64,000 bases of DNA from positions 121,584,001 through 121,648,000 of the forward strand of contig NC_086097.1 of NCBI RefSeq assembly GCF_963921235.1, read 5' to 3'. The notes under the pieces are model-generated. The model did no database searches and was not told the origin of the DNA. It was given only the letters and a program-made list of their open reading frames with translations. The stretch's first letter is position 1. Each line of letters opens with the position of its first letter. Made by a program: the position numbers and the translations under genes. The stretch is from Mobula hypostoma (Eukaryota). Below are positions 12,660-24,436 of the stretch, piece after piece.

Positions 12660-14160
12660 TTGTGCAGATTTGTGCGGGTGGTAATGACAGACATCAAAAA
12701 CGCCATTTCTGAAACACTGGACACTCACCAGTATGCTTACTGACAGAACTGCTCTATGACAGATGCCATATCACCTGGCCCTGACACACCTTGAAAACAA
12801 GGACACATGTCAGAATGCAGTTTGTGGATTTTGGTTCCACATTTTTGGATTTTGGTAATTAAGAAAGCTTATGGGGTGTTAGCTTTCATAAGTCGAGGGA
12901 TAGAGTTTGAGAGTCACAATGTAATGATGCAGCTCTATAAAACTCTCGTTAGGCCACACGTGGAGTACTGTGTCCAGTTCTGGTCGCCTCACTATAGGAA
13001 GGATGTGGAAGCATTGGAAAGGGTACAGAGGAGACTTACCAGGATGCTGCCTGGTTTAGAAAGTATGCATTATGATCAGAGATTAAGGGAGCTAGGGCTT
13101 TATTCTTTGGAGAGAATGAGGATGAGAGGAGACATAATAGAGGTGTACAAGATAATAAGAGGAATAGATAGAGTGGATAGCCAGCACCTCTTCCCCAGGG
13201 CAAGACTGCTCAATACAAGAGGAAATGGCTTTAAGGTAAGGGGTGGGAAGTTCAAGGGGGATATTAGAGGAAGTTTTTTTACTCAGAGAGTGGTTGGTGC
13301 GTGGAATGCACTGCCTGAGTCAGTGGTGGAGGCAGATACACTAGTGAAGTTTAAGAGACTGCTAGACAGATATACGGAGGAATTTAAGGTGGGGGCTTAT
13401 ATGGGAGGCAGGGTTTGAGGGTCGGCACAACATTGTGGGCCGAAGGGCCTGTACTGTGTTGTACTATTCTATGTTCTATTCAACATTATTGCCCCACGGA
13501 TATTAGTGAACCAATGTGCAACTAAATAGACCACTGTGCAACTGGGTGTTGGACTTCCTAACCAACAAAGCTCAGATAGTCAGGATATACAATCACTCCT
13601 CCCTCCCCATCATCCTCAACAGGGGTGCCTCTCAGGGCTGTGTACTGGGCCCACTGCTGTACACTCTGCTCACACACTACTGCACAGCCAAACACCGAGT
13701 AATCACATTGTCAAGTTCAGCGATGACATGACAGTGGTGGGATCATCACCAACAACAATGAGAAGGCCTACATAGAAGGGGTGGAAGAGCTCGAGGCCTG
13801 GTGCTAGGTAAGTAACCACTTTCTGAATGGCAGCAAAACGAAGGAGATGGTTATTGACTTCAGGATAACTCGTACCACTCGTATCCCCCGTTACAATGTC
13901 AGCACTGCTGTGGAAACTACAAGAAGTTTCAACCTAACCACACCACCACATACCCCACCACCACTATTTTATCATTTCTTGTCGGAGTCACGTTATGTAC
14001 AGACGCTACTGTGCCTAGCATCACTTTATGTACATACAATCAATCTCGTATATAAGCTACTTTATGTATTTATTGTGCTTTTTTTATTATTGTGTTCCTT
14101 GTGGTTTTTTTTGTGCTGCATTGAATTTGGAGTCGCAATTATTTCATTCTCCTTTGCACA
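12660..14160 (+). mobile_element. Decayed Rex/Babar LINE interrupted by a CR1 insertion
   Basis: RT remnants (LCNWVLDFLT, GASQGCVLGPLLY) flank the CR1 at 12853-13479. Confidence 0.7.
12853..13479 (+). mobile_element. CR1 LINE 3' portion
   Basis: LYKTLVRPHVEYCVQFWSP...FTQRVVGAWNALP; tail tattctatgttctat. Confidence 0.9.
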
Positions 14161-14395
14161 CTTTGCACCCTTTACAGATGTCTAAGATTCTACCCTTCAT
14201 TGGTTTTAATATAAAATCCTTCATTCTTCTCAATGTACAATTAACTGTCTGAAAATTGCTGATTGGAAAACAGAACTGAACAATAATAACCCCTATGCTT
14301 TAATGAAATTTAATGAAATTTATCCTTAAAATATTACAAATAACTTTTATTAGTTATCGAAATCTCATTGCAATCTTACATTTTATTCTTTACCT

Positions 14396-15273
14396 TGTTA
14401 CGAGAATACACATAAAATTAAGATGTTTGCTGGCCTGGGCTAGCATCAGTGGCATCAGCAGTTGGTCTGCCACCTGCCCTCAGGGGAAGGAGAGATAAGG
14501 AACAATGGAGCAGCGTCTGGAGATGTGTAATGAAGGGATGTGGGAGGAAGAGCTGTCTGGAGCGGCTCCCCCCTTTGAGCCCTGAACTGTTTGAAGTGAT
14601 GGACAGGCGATACCCCAGCAGGGGGATAAAAAGGGACAGGTTCGCTAAGACAGACACACGCCACCCGAGGTAACGAGACCCTGGAAGCGGTGCGCTTCTC
14701 ACGAGTGGGTGAGAAGTCCCAGACAACGACAAGGGTGGAAAGGTACGATCAGCGGGAACCCGGTGTGTGTCCGCCCTTGCCTGGGTGCCGGGTTCACTGC
14801 AGAGGATCGACCGCATCTGGAGGAGGGGTCACAGTCGGTGACCTCAGGTGACATCACCAAGGACCCGCCCAAAAAGCTGTTTGTGAGCCATCTCGCTGGT
14901 CTGTGAGCCATCCCGCTGGTCTGTGAGTGAAGCTGTGCTGAATGATGAGTTGTTCCTATTCTATGTCTCTCTTCCCCACCTTGTCCATCGCCATGGCAAC
15001 GATTACTGCGAACTGAACTACTAAACTGGACTGAACTTTGAGTCATTTTGAAATTGGTCATTTACCCCTAGACAACGATAGAGCTTGATTGATGCTGTTA
15101 TCTTAATTCTGTGCACATGTGTGTTTATCATCACTGAACGGTTGCATTTATTATCCTTTCGATTACTGTGTTGCTTGTTTCTTTAATAAAACTTTCTTAG
15201 TTCTAGTACTCCAGACTCCAACTGAGTGATCCATTTCTGCTGGTTTGGCAACCCAGTTACGGGGTACGTAACA
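14396..15273 (+). repeat. 5' LTR (878 bp)
   Basis: TGTTACG...CGTAACA termini; six-frame ORFs identical to those of the 3' LTR; AATAAA at 15185. Confidence 0.95.
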
Positions 15274-15277
15274 TAAG

Positions 15278-15297
15278 TGGGGTTCTCGTCCGCGATT
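15278..15297 (+). promoter_or_regulatory. Primer-binding site, imperfect tRNA-Pro complement
   Basis: TGGGGTTCTCGTCCGCGATT versus canonical TGGGGGCTCGTCCGGGATT, 4 nt after the 5' LTR. Confidence 0.8.
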
Positions 15298-15372
15298 TTG
15301 AACGCTAAATTTGGGACGGAGTAAATTGATTGGGTTAAAATTCCCGAAAGAAAGAAAAGACAAACAGCAGAA

Positions 15373-18279
15373 ATGGAGGTTGAGGAATTTATAAAGGCGC
15401 CGACCTTGGAGGCATTAGAGGATGCCAGGAAATCGGAATTGATAGCTGTGGCAAAACGGGTGAATCTTGCTAAGGTGAAGTCGACAATGAGGAGAGAGGA
15501 GATACACAGAGCTATTGTAGAGCACTATGTATCTAAAGGTGTGTTTCCCCAAGGTGAGCTGGGGGAGGTGTCTATTGAAAAACCTGCTGGGGACGCGGTA
15601 CAGGTACAGCTTGAAAAACTGAGACTCGAGCACGAGTTCCGGGTACGGCAGTTAGAAAGGCAGGAGAAAGAGAGAGAGTTAGAAAGGCAGGAGAAAGAGA
15701 GAGAGTTAGAAAGGCAGGAGAAAGAGAGAGAGGTAGAAAGGCAGGAGAGGGACAGACAGTTGGAGAGAGAAGAGAGAGAGAGGGACAGACAGTTGGAGAG
15801 AGAAGAGAGAGAGAGGGACAGACAGTTGGAGAGAGAGGAGAAACAGAGGGAAAGGGAATGTGAGCTGGAAAAGTTAAGGATAAGGGCCGAGCAGGGGCTC
15901 GTGCCGAACCAAGGTGGAGGGTTCCGGGCGACCCAGGAGGTTAGGCTGGTTCCCCCATTTGACGATACCGATGTGGATCGGTACTTTCTCCATTTCGAAA
16001 AAGTGGCCATAAGTCAGGACTGGCCAAGGGATAAGTGGGTTGTTTTACTTCAGAGTGTACTGAAAGGGAAGGCCCAACAAGCTTACTCCGCCTTATCCGC
16101 GGAAGATGCCCAGAAGTATGAGGTGGTGAAGGAGGCCATCCTCAGGATTTATGAGTTGGTCCCGGAGGCATACCGGCAGAGGTTCCGGAATGCGAGGAAG
16201 CGGTGGGACCGCACGTATTTGGAGTTTGCTCGTGAGATGCAAACATATTGTGAGCGTTGGTGCGCCTCGAAAGGGGTAGAGGGGGATTATGACAGACTGC
16301 TGCAACTGGTTCTGATTGAGCAGTTTAAAGGTTGTGTCCCTGAGGGTATGAGACCCTACCTCGATGAGAAAGAGGCAGCCACGTTAGCCGCAACTGCTAA
16401 GTTAGCGGATGAGTATGCGTTGACGCATAAAATGAAGGTTGCCCCGAGTAAAGGCTACCAGAAGGGTAGTCAGGACGGCGGGGAGAGTCCGCCGGAAAAG
16501 TCAGAAAGTAAGCCGGGGACTAGTGAAAAGGATAAGGTAGACCGGGAGCAGTCTGGTAGGAAGTCTCCTGGGGTCGTCTGTTATAATTGTGGGAAAGTCG
16601 GACACTTTGCGTCCAGGTGCTTTGCCCCAAGGAAGGAGACGGGGAAAGGAAAAGCGGAAATTTTGAATGGCTGTATCGAGCTGTTAAGCGAACCGCTAGG
16701 GAAGGACAGGTCTGAAAAAGTCCAGGAAGGGCGCGAGAGGTTTATCTCGGCCGGACTGGTGTCAGTGAAGGAGAGGTTAAAACCAGTTCCAGTGCGGATC
16801 TGGAGAGACACGGGAGCGTGTCAGTCACTAATACTGAAGAGTGTATTAGAGTTTAGCTCAGAGACCCAGACTGGGGAGGTAGAGGTCAAAGGTGTTGGGG
16901 AAGGGACAGAGTCAGTCCCTTTGCACCAGATACATTTACAGAGCAACCTGGTCTCTGGACTAGTCACGATTGGGGTGAGGTCCGAATTACCGATGAAAGA
17001 CGTGGAAGTCTTGCTCGGTAATGACATCGCCGGAGGAATCGTGTTCCCAGTCGTGAGATTGACGGGTCAGCCTGCCAGCATGGAGGCCCCGCCCGCGATG
17101 GTGAATTTGGCTGAAACATTTCTGCCAACCTTGTATGAGACAGGGTGTAGTGAGATAAGAGGTAGTGAGGGAGCTGGGACGGACGTAGCAGTAGCCGGGA
17201 AAGAATTTGTGCAGACGCAGGAGCGAGACGAGGGGCTGATGGTTTTTGCCGAGACCGCTCTCTCTGACACAGCCTTGACAAGCTATTGTGCGGATGAGGA
17301 GGTGCTAAGGAAGAAAGGGAAATCAAGTACAGCATCCGCAGATGAGGAGTGGGGGGTGGTGCAAGAGAGTTATGGGGATGAGGTTTTTAACATAGCCCAC
17401 GAGGTACCCCCCGGTGGACATTTTGCGGTGCTGGAGGAAACAGTTGGTGGAATCATGAAAGAGAGTTACCGGCTGCCCAGGGGGAAAAATGTTATTGATC
17501 ATGACCGACGCGAACTGAGACGGTCACCGGCTTTTGATATGCTAACAAACCTAGTCGGTGTTAGCGTGGAAATCAATGAAGCTAGGGGCCCCTTGATAAG
17601 AGGAAAAAACCATTTTGAAAAGATTAGGATGGGATCGGTCAGATGGGAGAAGGCTATTGTTTTGGCCAGGTCTACTGATAAGGTCTCTCCCTTAATCCCC
17701 GAAGGAGTAATTAAACGACTCGCACCCATGTGTTTGATTGTCCCGAGGAAATGCAAAGAACTGGGACGTTGGGTTATGTCGGTTACAATAGGGCGGCCAA
17801 GTAAACAACACCCATATTTTTTGAGTAATTCAGTGACTAAAGGGCTGATGAACACAGAGGTGTGTATTGGCAATTTAACACGGCTGTCTGAAGCCAGCTT
17901 GATAGTGAACCTTGGAAAAAATGAATTCGGCCACGCGAATGTCACTTACCTGGGAATTGTGGTGACACAGGGGCAGCTGGCAGTGATGCAAGCTACAGTG
18001 CAGGCTATCGCTGACCTCCCAACCCCGACAGACAAGAGGGCCCTCAGAAGGCTTTTGGAGATGGTGGGGTACTGCAGGAAGTTTTGCAATAACTCTGCGG
18101 TCAATACCCGTCCCCCTCCTACTAAGCCCTTGCGAGGGAAAATTGAGTCGGAATGGGACGACCCTTGTTGTTGTGGTCCGGGACAAAACCAAATGAGAGG
18201 TTACATTGGTCGCAATTCATCAGTGTTTTTGGCCACTATGAAGTTTGCTGAGTTGGAGCCTGGTCTAAGGGATTATTAA
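15373..18279 (+). CDS. Retrotransposon polyprotein (968 aa): coiled-coil + SCAN-like capsid Gag, CCHC knuckle, aspartic protease, fused to deleted integrase/RT relics
   Basis: YELVPEAYRQRFR..EQF (SCAN-like), CYNCGKVGHFASRC, RDTGA protease, AHEVPPGGH (integrase N-terminal HH), KQHPY and YLG..TPT.KRALRRLLEMVGY (RT relics). Confidence 0.9.
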   Translation: MEVEEFIKAPTLEALEDARKSELIAVAKRVNLAKVKSTMRREEIHRAIVEHYVSKGVFPQGELGEVSIEKPAGDAVQVQLEKLRLEHEFRVRQLERQEKERELERQEKERELERQEKEREVERQERDRQLEREERERDRQLEREERERDRQLEREEKQRERECELEKLRIRAEQGLVPNQGGGFRATQEVRLVPPFDDTDVDRYFLHFEKVAISQDWPRDKWVVLLQSVLKGKAQQAYSALSAEDAQKYEVVKEAILRIYELVPEAYRQRFRNARKRWDRTYLEFAREMQTYCERWCASKGVEGDYDRLLQLVLIEQFKGCVPEGMRPYLDEKEAATLAATAKLADEYALTHKMKVAPSKGYQKGSQDGGESPPEKSESKPGTSEKDKVDREQSGRKSPGVVCYNCGKVGHFASRCFAPRKETGKGKAEILNGCIELLSEPLGKDRSEKVQEGRERFISAGLVSVKERLKPVPVRIWRDTGACQSLILKSVLEFSSETQTGEVEVKGVGEGTESVPLHQIHLQSNLVSGLVTIGVRSELPMKDVEVLLGNDIAGGIVFPVVRLTGQPASMEAPPAMVNLAETFLPTLYETGCSEIRGSEGAGTDVAVAGKEFVQTQERDEGLMVFAETALSDTALTSYCADEEVLRKKGKSSTASADEEWGVVQESYGDEVFNIAHEVPPGGHFAVLEETVGGIMKESYRLPRGKNVIDHDRRELRRSPAFDMLTNLVGVSVEINEARGPLIRGKNHFEKIRMGSVRWEKAIVLARSTDKVSPLIPEGVIKRLAPMCLIVPRKCKELGRWVMSVTIGRPSKQHPYFLSNSVTKGLMNTEVCIGNLTRLSEASLIVNLGKNEFGHANVTYLGIVVTQGQLAVMQATVQAIADLPTPTDKRALRRLLEMVGYCRKFCNNSAVNTRPPPTKPLRGKIESEWDDPCCCGPGQNQMRGYIGRNSSVFLATMKFAELEPGLRDY
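15648..15855 (+). repeat. Coding tandem repeats (27-nt LERQEKERE x3-4, then 33-nt RDRQLEREERE x~3)
   Basis: Directly visible purine-rich repeats in gag. Confidence 0.9.
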
Positions 18280-18438
18280 TAACACGTGTAAAAGGAACAG
18301 AAAATGTGATGACTGTCTGTCAAGGTGTTGACAATTTCAAATTCTCTGTATTAGCTAAATAACTGTTAAAGATGTATATTGTGTATGTATCAGATAATGT
18401 AGTCATGTTTGTAATTTTTACCTCCCGGTAAAAATCCT

Positions 18439-18451
18439 TAAAGGGGGGAAG
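18439..18451 (+). promoter_or_regulatory. Polypurine tract
   Basis: aaaggggggaag immediately before the 3' LTR. Confidence 0.85.
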
Positions 18452-19329
18452 TGTTACGAGAATACACATAAAATTAAGATGTTTGCTGGCCTGGGCTAGC
18501 ATCAGTGGCATCAGCAGTTGGTCTGCCACCTGCCCTCAGGGGAAGGAGAGATAAGGAACAATGGAGCAGCGTCTGGAGATGTGTAATGAAGGGATGTGGG
18601 AGGAAGAGCTGTCTGGAGCGGCTCCCCCCTTTGAGCCCTGAACTGTTTGAAGTGATGGACAGGCGATACCCCAGCAGGGGGATAAAAAGGGACAGGTTCG
18701 CTAAGACAGACACACGCCACCCGAGGTAACGAGACCCTGGAAGCGGTGCGCTTCTCACGAGTGGGTGAGAAGTCCCAGACAACGACAAGGGTGGAAAGGT
18801 ACGATCAGCGGGAACCCGGTGTGTGTCCGCCCTTGCCTGGGTGCCGGGTTCACTGCAGAGGATCGACCGCATCTGGAGGAGGGGTCACAGTCGGTGACCT
18901 CAGGTGACATCACCAAGGACCCGCCCAAAAAGCTGTTTGTGAGCCATCTCGCTGGTCTGTGAGCCATCCCGCTGGTCTGTGAGTGAAGCTGTGCTGAATG
19001 ATGAGTTGTTCCTATTCTATGTCTCTCTTCCCCACCTTGTCCATCGCCATGGCAACGATTACTGCGAACTGAACTACTAAACTGGACTGAACTTTGAGTC
19101 ATTTTGAAATTGGTCATTTACCCCTAGACAACGATAGAGCTTGATTGATGCTGTTATCTTAATTCTGTGCACATGTGTGTTTATCATCACTGAACGGTTG
19201 CATTTATTATCCTTTCGATTACTGTGTTGCTTGTTTCTTTAATAAAACTTTCTTAGTTCTAGTACTCCAGACTCCAACTGAGTGATCCATTTCTGCTGGT
19301 TTGGCAACCCAGTTACGGGGTACGTAACA
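18452..19329 (+). repeat. 3' LTR (878 bp)
   Basis: No difference from the 5' LTR seen by eye. Confidence 0.95.
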
Positions 19330-20095
19330 ACCTGCACAATAAAGTGTAATGTCTCACTGATGTTTGTACTGGCACTGCATGTTTTTGATGGCTTTTACAC
19401 TTTATTGTGCATTATTATTTTACCTTATTCTATCTGAATCCACTGTGTAATGAATTGATCTATATAAACACAGTGTTTAGGACAAGCTTTTCATTGTATT
19501 TTGGTACACATGACACTAATAATAAAACAACACAAAAACGAACAATGAGTGCACATTTTGCACAGAATTAGATGTTGGCTTGACTTGACGTTATGATGAT
19601 ATTCAAAATGTCATGGTAATTAAATAATATGTCCAAGAATATGATCCAGTTTGCACCTCCGCTGGTATATCAGGGTTTGCATTTGTTCAGAAACTTGAGG
19701 TGACAAAGTGATTCTTCCTTTTCCAGAGTTTAGAACCGGAAGGCACAGTCTCAGAACAAAAGGACATCCTTTTAAAACTGAGAGGGAGAAGAACTCCTTT
19801 CATCAGAGGGTGCTGAATCTGTGGAATTTATTGCCAAGTTATTGGATGTACTTAAGGCAGATTTTGTTAGAGTCTTGATTGGTATGGGGTTAAGGTTTAC
19901 GGGGAGAAGGCAGGAAAATGGTGTTTAATTATAGTTCAATGACAGAGTGGATTGATGGGGCGAATGGGTCAAATAAGCTGCTGCATTTTATGGTCTTTCC
20001 TGTTTGCACTCTCATGAATTGCTGTGGATCTGGAGGGTGCCATTATAATTTTGATAATGGAACAGAAATGTAACAATAGTCTGATTTCTGTTCAG

Positions 20096-20173
20096 GCAGC
20101 AGCTATTCTGCAGAACCTGCTGATGATTCGTATGCCGGCCACTATGGAGGAAGCCAAAAATTGTAGCTGGCAG
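20096..20173 (+). CDS. RTTN: Rotatin exon (window exon 2): AAAILQNLLMIRMPATMEEAKNCSWQ
   Basis: ttctgttcag acceptor, gtatgc donor, 78 nt, phase 0/0; continues the rotatin AA.ILQNLL motif. Confidence 0.93.
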
Positions 20174-22953
20174 GTATGCATAGCTTTTTGTCTTTCCTTA
20201 TAGGTGATGTGCTTTTTATTTTTGAAAATAAAGCCTTGTCTTTATAAATGTATCCATGCCAGTGGGCTGTAAGGCAGCCTCCCTGAGCAAGCCCTAGCCT
20301 GGTGCTTGGACTCCATTGAATTAGGTCCCCTTTCATTTGTTTAATCATCTGTTACCCTTCAGATCCCTCACTCAACCTCATACATAGCCTTCACCTCTAC
20401 CACCCAAGCCGATCTTATGGACCCAGCGTCAAATGCTGCTGTTTCTCTAGATCCCATTTCCATGAGTAAAGCTCTGATCTGTTGCCCCTCCACCCCTCCG
20501 GCCAACAATTGTCACCGTTCTCAGGAACTCCCGCTTAACTCAGCGCAGCATTCAAGGATCAATTTTATTCACCATATACATTTAAATGTATTAAGAATTT
20601 TCTTGGTGTGTTGGGGTGACATGCATCAAAAGAAACAACATTCAACAATTATAAAGAGTTATATTAAATAAAGTTAGAATTATTGATGTGGAATAAAATG
20701 TGCATAAATAGGTAAGTGCCACCATGTATTTACATTGTAAATAGCATTACTCCTATCCACTCTGTCATTGGCACCCACATTTCCCCATCGTTGATGTGAA
20801 CTGGTAGCTCACATGCCCAACCCTGGCCATTTCCCTTCATGGTGTCCCTATACTGGAATTCACTCATTTCTCCATTCTGTTGGGTATGGTTAGTTCAGTA
20901 GCATTGGATGCTTTGATTGCTACTAAATTTTTAAATTTAAAGTACCCACAAAATAGTGGTTCAAATTCACATTTATTTGTCTCATGTACATGGGAATATA
21001 CAGTGAAATACGTCATTGGTCTTACCAACCAACACAACCTAAAGGTGTGCTAGGGGCAGCCCACGAGTGTTGTCACACATTCGGGTGCCATCGTAACATG
21101 CCCATAATGCTCAGCACAGCAAGCAACAAAACAGAAACAGCAGAACAAGTCCCTTTCCTCCCTCCAACCTACCTACCTAAACACATGGATGGTCCTCCAA
21201 GTCCCGGGTGCAGCCATTGGGCTTCAATTTCTGGACTTCTGATCAACCTTCAGGCTTCGATCTGCCGTATTGACTCTCAGACTAGGTGCTGACAGGACCC
21301 CAAACTCCAGGCACACTGACTGACTGGCCTTCATGCCTCCAGTGATGGATTATTGTTTCTATGTTGCCCAGTATATCCCATGATTAGATCTTTCTCTGAC
21401 ACCGCCAACAGGAAGTTGCCCTCCAAGCCACAGGTCATCCTGATTTGGAAATGTTATATGTTATAACTTCACAATCACTGGGTCAAAATCGAGAAGCACT
21501 CCCTAACAACATTAAAGGTGTACCCAAAAGGTAGCTCACCTGCACCACCTTGAAGGGCAACTGAGGATGGGTAATTAAATGCCGGCTCAGTCTGCAAAGC
21601 CAATATCTCTTCAATAAATATAAAGCATAAGCATGGAAGCCTACATCATAAGTAGTTGCTGAAAGGTCAAAATTATCACCATCTGGGACATGCCTCTTCT
21701 CATTGCTGCTATACAGGAGCCTGAAGGCACACACTCAGTGTTTCAGAAGCAGCTTCTTCCCCTCTGCCATTAGATTTCTGAATGGTCCATGAACACTACA
21801 TCACTTTTTTGCTCTCTTTTTGCACTACTTTTTAAAATATTTCTTATTGTAATTTATGATTTTTTATACCTTGCACTATACTCCTCTGTAAAACAACAAA
21901 TTTCATGACATACTATACGTCAGTAATAATAAACCTGATTCTGAATTGATATTAAATGTGCATTTGGAGTATTTCCTGAACAATGGTAAAAGTAATGTAA
22001 AAAGAAACAAAATATGAGGATTTAAAGTCTGATGTATGTTTTTATAAGTGTCGAGAAGGAATTCTGTATTTATATTATTAACATAAGAGATTCTGCAGAT
22101 GTTGGAAATCCAGAGGAACTCAACAGGTCAGGCAGCATCTATCAACAGTAGACATTTTGGGCCAAGACTCTTCATCAGGACTAGAAAGGAAGGGGAAAAC
22201 AGCCAGACTAAGAAGGTGGAGTACAAACTGGCAAGTGTTAGGTGAATCCAGGTGAGGGGGTTAGTTTATACTGTTGGGTTACACAAGAGCAGTGAGCAGA
22301 TTACTTTTAGCATTGCAGATGGGGTAATTGGATCCAAGAAAGGAGATGGAACAGTGAAGGACCATGGGTTTTAGAACAGCGTAAATAGACTTGCAAGCTG
22401 AATGTTGATGCCAAAGATACCATGGCTTGCCATCTTAAACATTTATTGCTGCATCACCTGCATAGTGCCAGATTTAACTTTCACCCACCAATTTCAACAT
22501 ATAAAGTACTTAGTGGTAATTACTGATAAAATTATGTTACCAACCATATAAAGAACTATAGGGGATTTCTTTCTGAACAATCATATTGGCAAATCTGGCA
22601 GTTAAAAGAAACTGGTGTGACCAGAGTGAACGATATAGTTCCCTCTAATGGCGCTCGATAAACAGGAATTTAATTGTTTAAAATGCTTTATGATTCAAAT
22701 AATATACTTCAATTTGAATAATCACTCTCCTAAAAGTGAATTGTCTTGGTTTCATTCCTGAAACCTTTAAACTCAGATAACATCTGACAATTAAACAAAT
22801 ATAGCGCCAATTTATATAGCACACATTTACAACTCCAAAGACAATGAACTGTGTTTAGTAAGTCGGAAGCAATAAGAAAGGTCCGTTTTTCTGTTGGAAG
22901 CACTGAATTCATGGTTATGCTTTAATTTTTGCCTGAAATGTTTTCTTTTGTAG

Positions 22954-23143
22954 AGCCCCTGTGTTCATGATGAGGAGTCTGGCTTATCTCTAGTCGGGCT
23001 GCCTGCTCTCCAGGCCCTTTTATACCACTGTCAGTTCTACGATCATGTGGCTCAAATGGCAAAACACTGCTACCTGGGAAGATACATGTTTGATTTGAAC
23101 TTTCCAAAACCTAGCAGCACTTTGCTCAGCACCACTTCTGAAG
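22954..23143 (+). CDS. RTTN: Rotatin exon (window exon 3): [63 protein letters not shown]
   Basis: ttttcttttgtag acceptor, gtagga donor, 190 nt, phase 0/1; conserved rotatin motifs. Confidence 0.95.
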
Positions 23144-24400
23144 GTAGGAGTTTTAAGAATATCTTATTTTCAAAATTTAACAATATATCCAATGCTTTCA
23201 TTAACCTTGTACTTCATAAACATTAAATGTATAGAATTGGAGGAAGTTACAGCATTGAAGGAATCCAGTTATGTCCATGTTGTTGGATCCTGATGTTTTT
23301 GTATTCTTCAGAAGTTGAGAATGAGGCATAAAATGTTGCATACAATCGTTTTATTAAGTGTTATAATATCAAAGGAAAGAAAGGGAGAAGTGGTGTGGCG
23401 ATGAACAGAGAGACAAGAGATAGTGATGAGCAGAGAAAGTTAAGGGTGGTGTGGTCTTCTTATACCAGACCACTGATAACAGTAAATTGCATTGTTAACA
23501 TTAATCAGTGAAATAGCCCGATTCAAGTAATGTGACATCCGTCACTGAAACCAAGAAGTTTCCAGAGCAACTGTAACAACTGAAGAACTCACAGAATGAT
23601 CACATGTATATGGATGATTATATAAACAAGCATAAGCAAGTTAAATTGCAAAGAAATTTCTGTAGCCCAATCGAACAGTGTTGTAAAATGAGATCTGTCT
23701 CGGTTAATTCCACTTTCCAGAATCAATGTCTAAAATTATGCATGATCCTAAAGCTGTGATCTAGAAAGCATTAATAGTGTATTCCTTCATCTTATTTGCT
23801 GTTTCTAAATGCATTACCTCAGGACTGAATTCTATACAGTTAGTCCTTTGATATCTTCTTGCGGCCTAAAACTTCCTTCTTTACCATCAACCACTTTGCC
23901 AAATATTCATATAATTGGGAAAACCAGATCACTGTGGTACCTGCACAGACTGACATCATCTGATTCATATCCATTGAGTATATTGGCCTGATACTGATTT
24001 TTTGCTAATTGACTGTACATGGTTAACATCATTGTTTGACTTATTGTTTGTATATCTCAGGACACAGGTAAAATTCAGTTCTGTTTGTGGAGGATTTGTG
24101 TTGCATATTAAGCATCTAGGATCAGCTTTATTCACCTTATGCATTTACATGTATTAGGAATTTGCTGTGGTATGTTTATCTTGGTTCGACATGCAACAAA
24201 AAACAACATTCAACAATTATAAACAATAAATAATTATATAAAAATAAAGTTAGAGGTTAAAGAATGGGTATGGAATAAAATGTGCATAAATACAGACAAT
24301 ACCAGTGTTTATTTACAATGTAAACACCTTTATAAAAACAACATACATCAAAGTTGCTGGTGAACGCAGCAGGCCAAGCAGCATCTATAGGAAGAGGCGC

Positions 24401-24436
24401 AGTCGACGTTTCAGGCCGAGACCCTTCATCAGGACT
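24401..24436 (-). ncRNA. Minimal type I hammerhead ribozyme (PLE-associated)
   Basis: AGTC-CTGATGA-AGG(GTCTCGG)CCT-GAAA-CGTC-GACT: stem I, CUGANGA core, stem II, GAAA, GUC cleavage triplet. Confidence 0.8.

Larger units (their letters stand above)
14396..19329 (+). mobile_element. Gmr1-like Ty3/Gypsy LTR retrotransposon, complete insertion (4934 bp), non-autonomous
   Basis: Two 878-bp TG...CA LTRs 4056 bp apart, 4-bp TSD ACCT (14392-14395; 19330-19333), PBS, PPT, single gag-pro-relic-pol ORF. Confidence 0.95.

Noticed and set aside
14392..14395. LTR element TSD ACCT resembles the Penelope junction ACCTT
   Set aside because: Different integration enzymes, only 4 bp, and the related solo LTRs have other TSDs (ACAG, TCTC); treated as coincidence
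14418..15061. Duplicated short ORFs in both LTRs
   Set aside because: Identical only because the LTRs are identical; no recognisable domains, and not preserved intact in the solo LTR
15648..15855. CRISPR-like regular repeats
   Set aside because: Head-to-tail coding repeats without spacers, in eukaryotic DNA
21440..21610. Possible ancient LINE/SINE 3' tail of a type common in sharks
   Set aside because: Too decayed to assign a family or boundaries without an alignment
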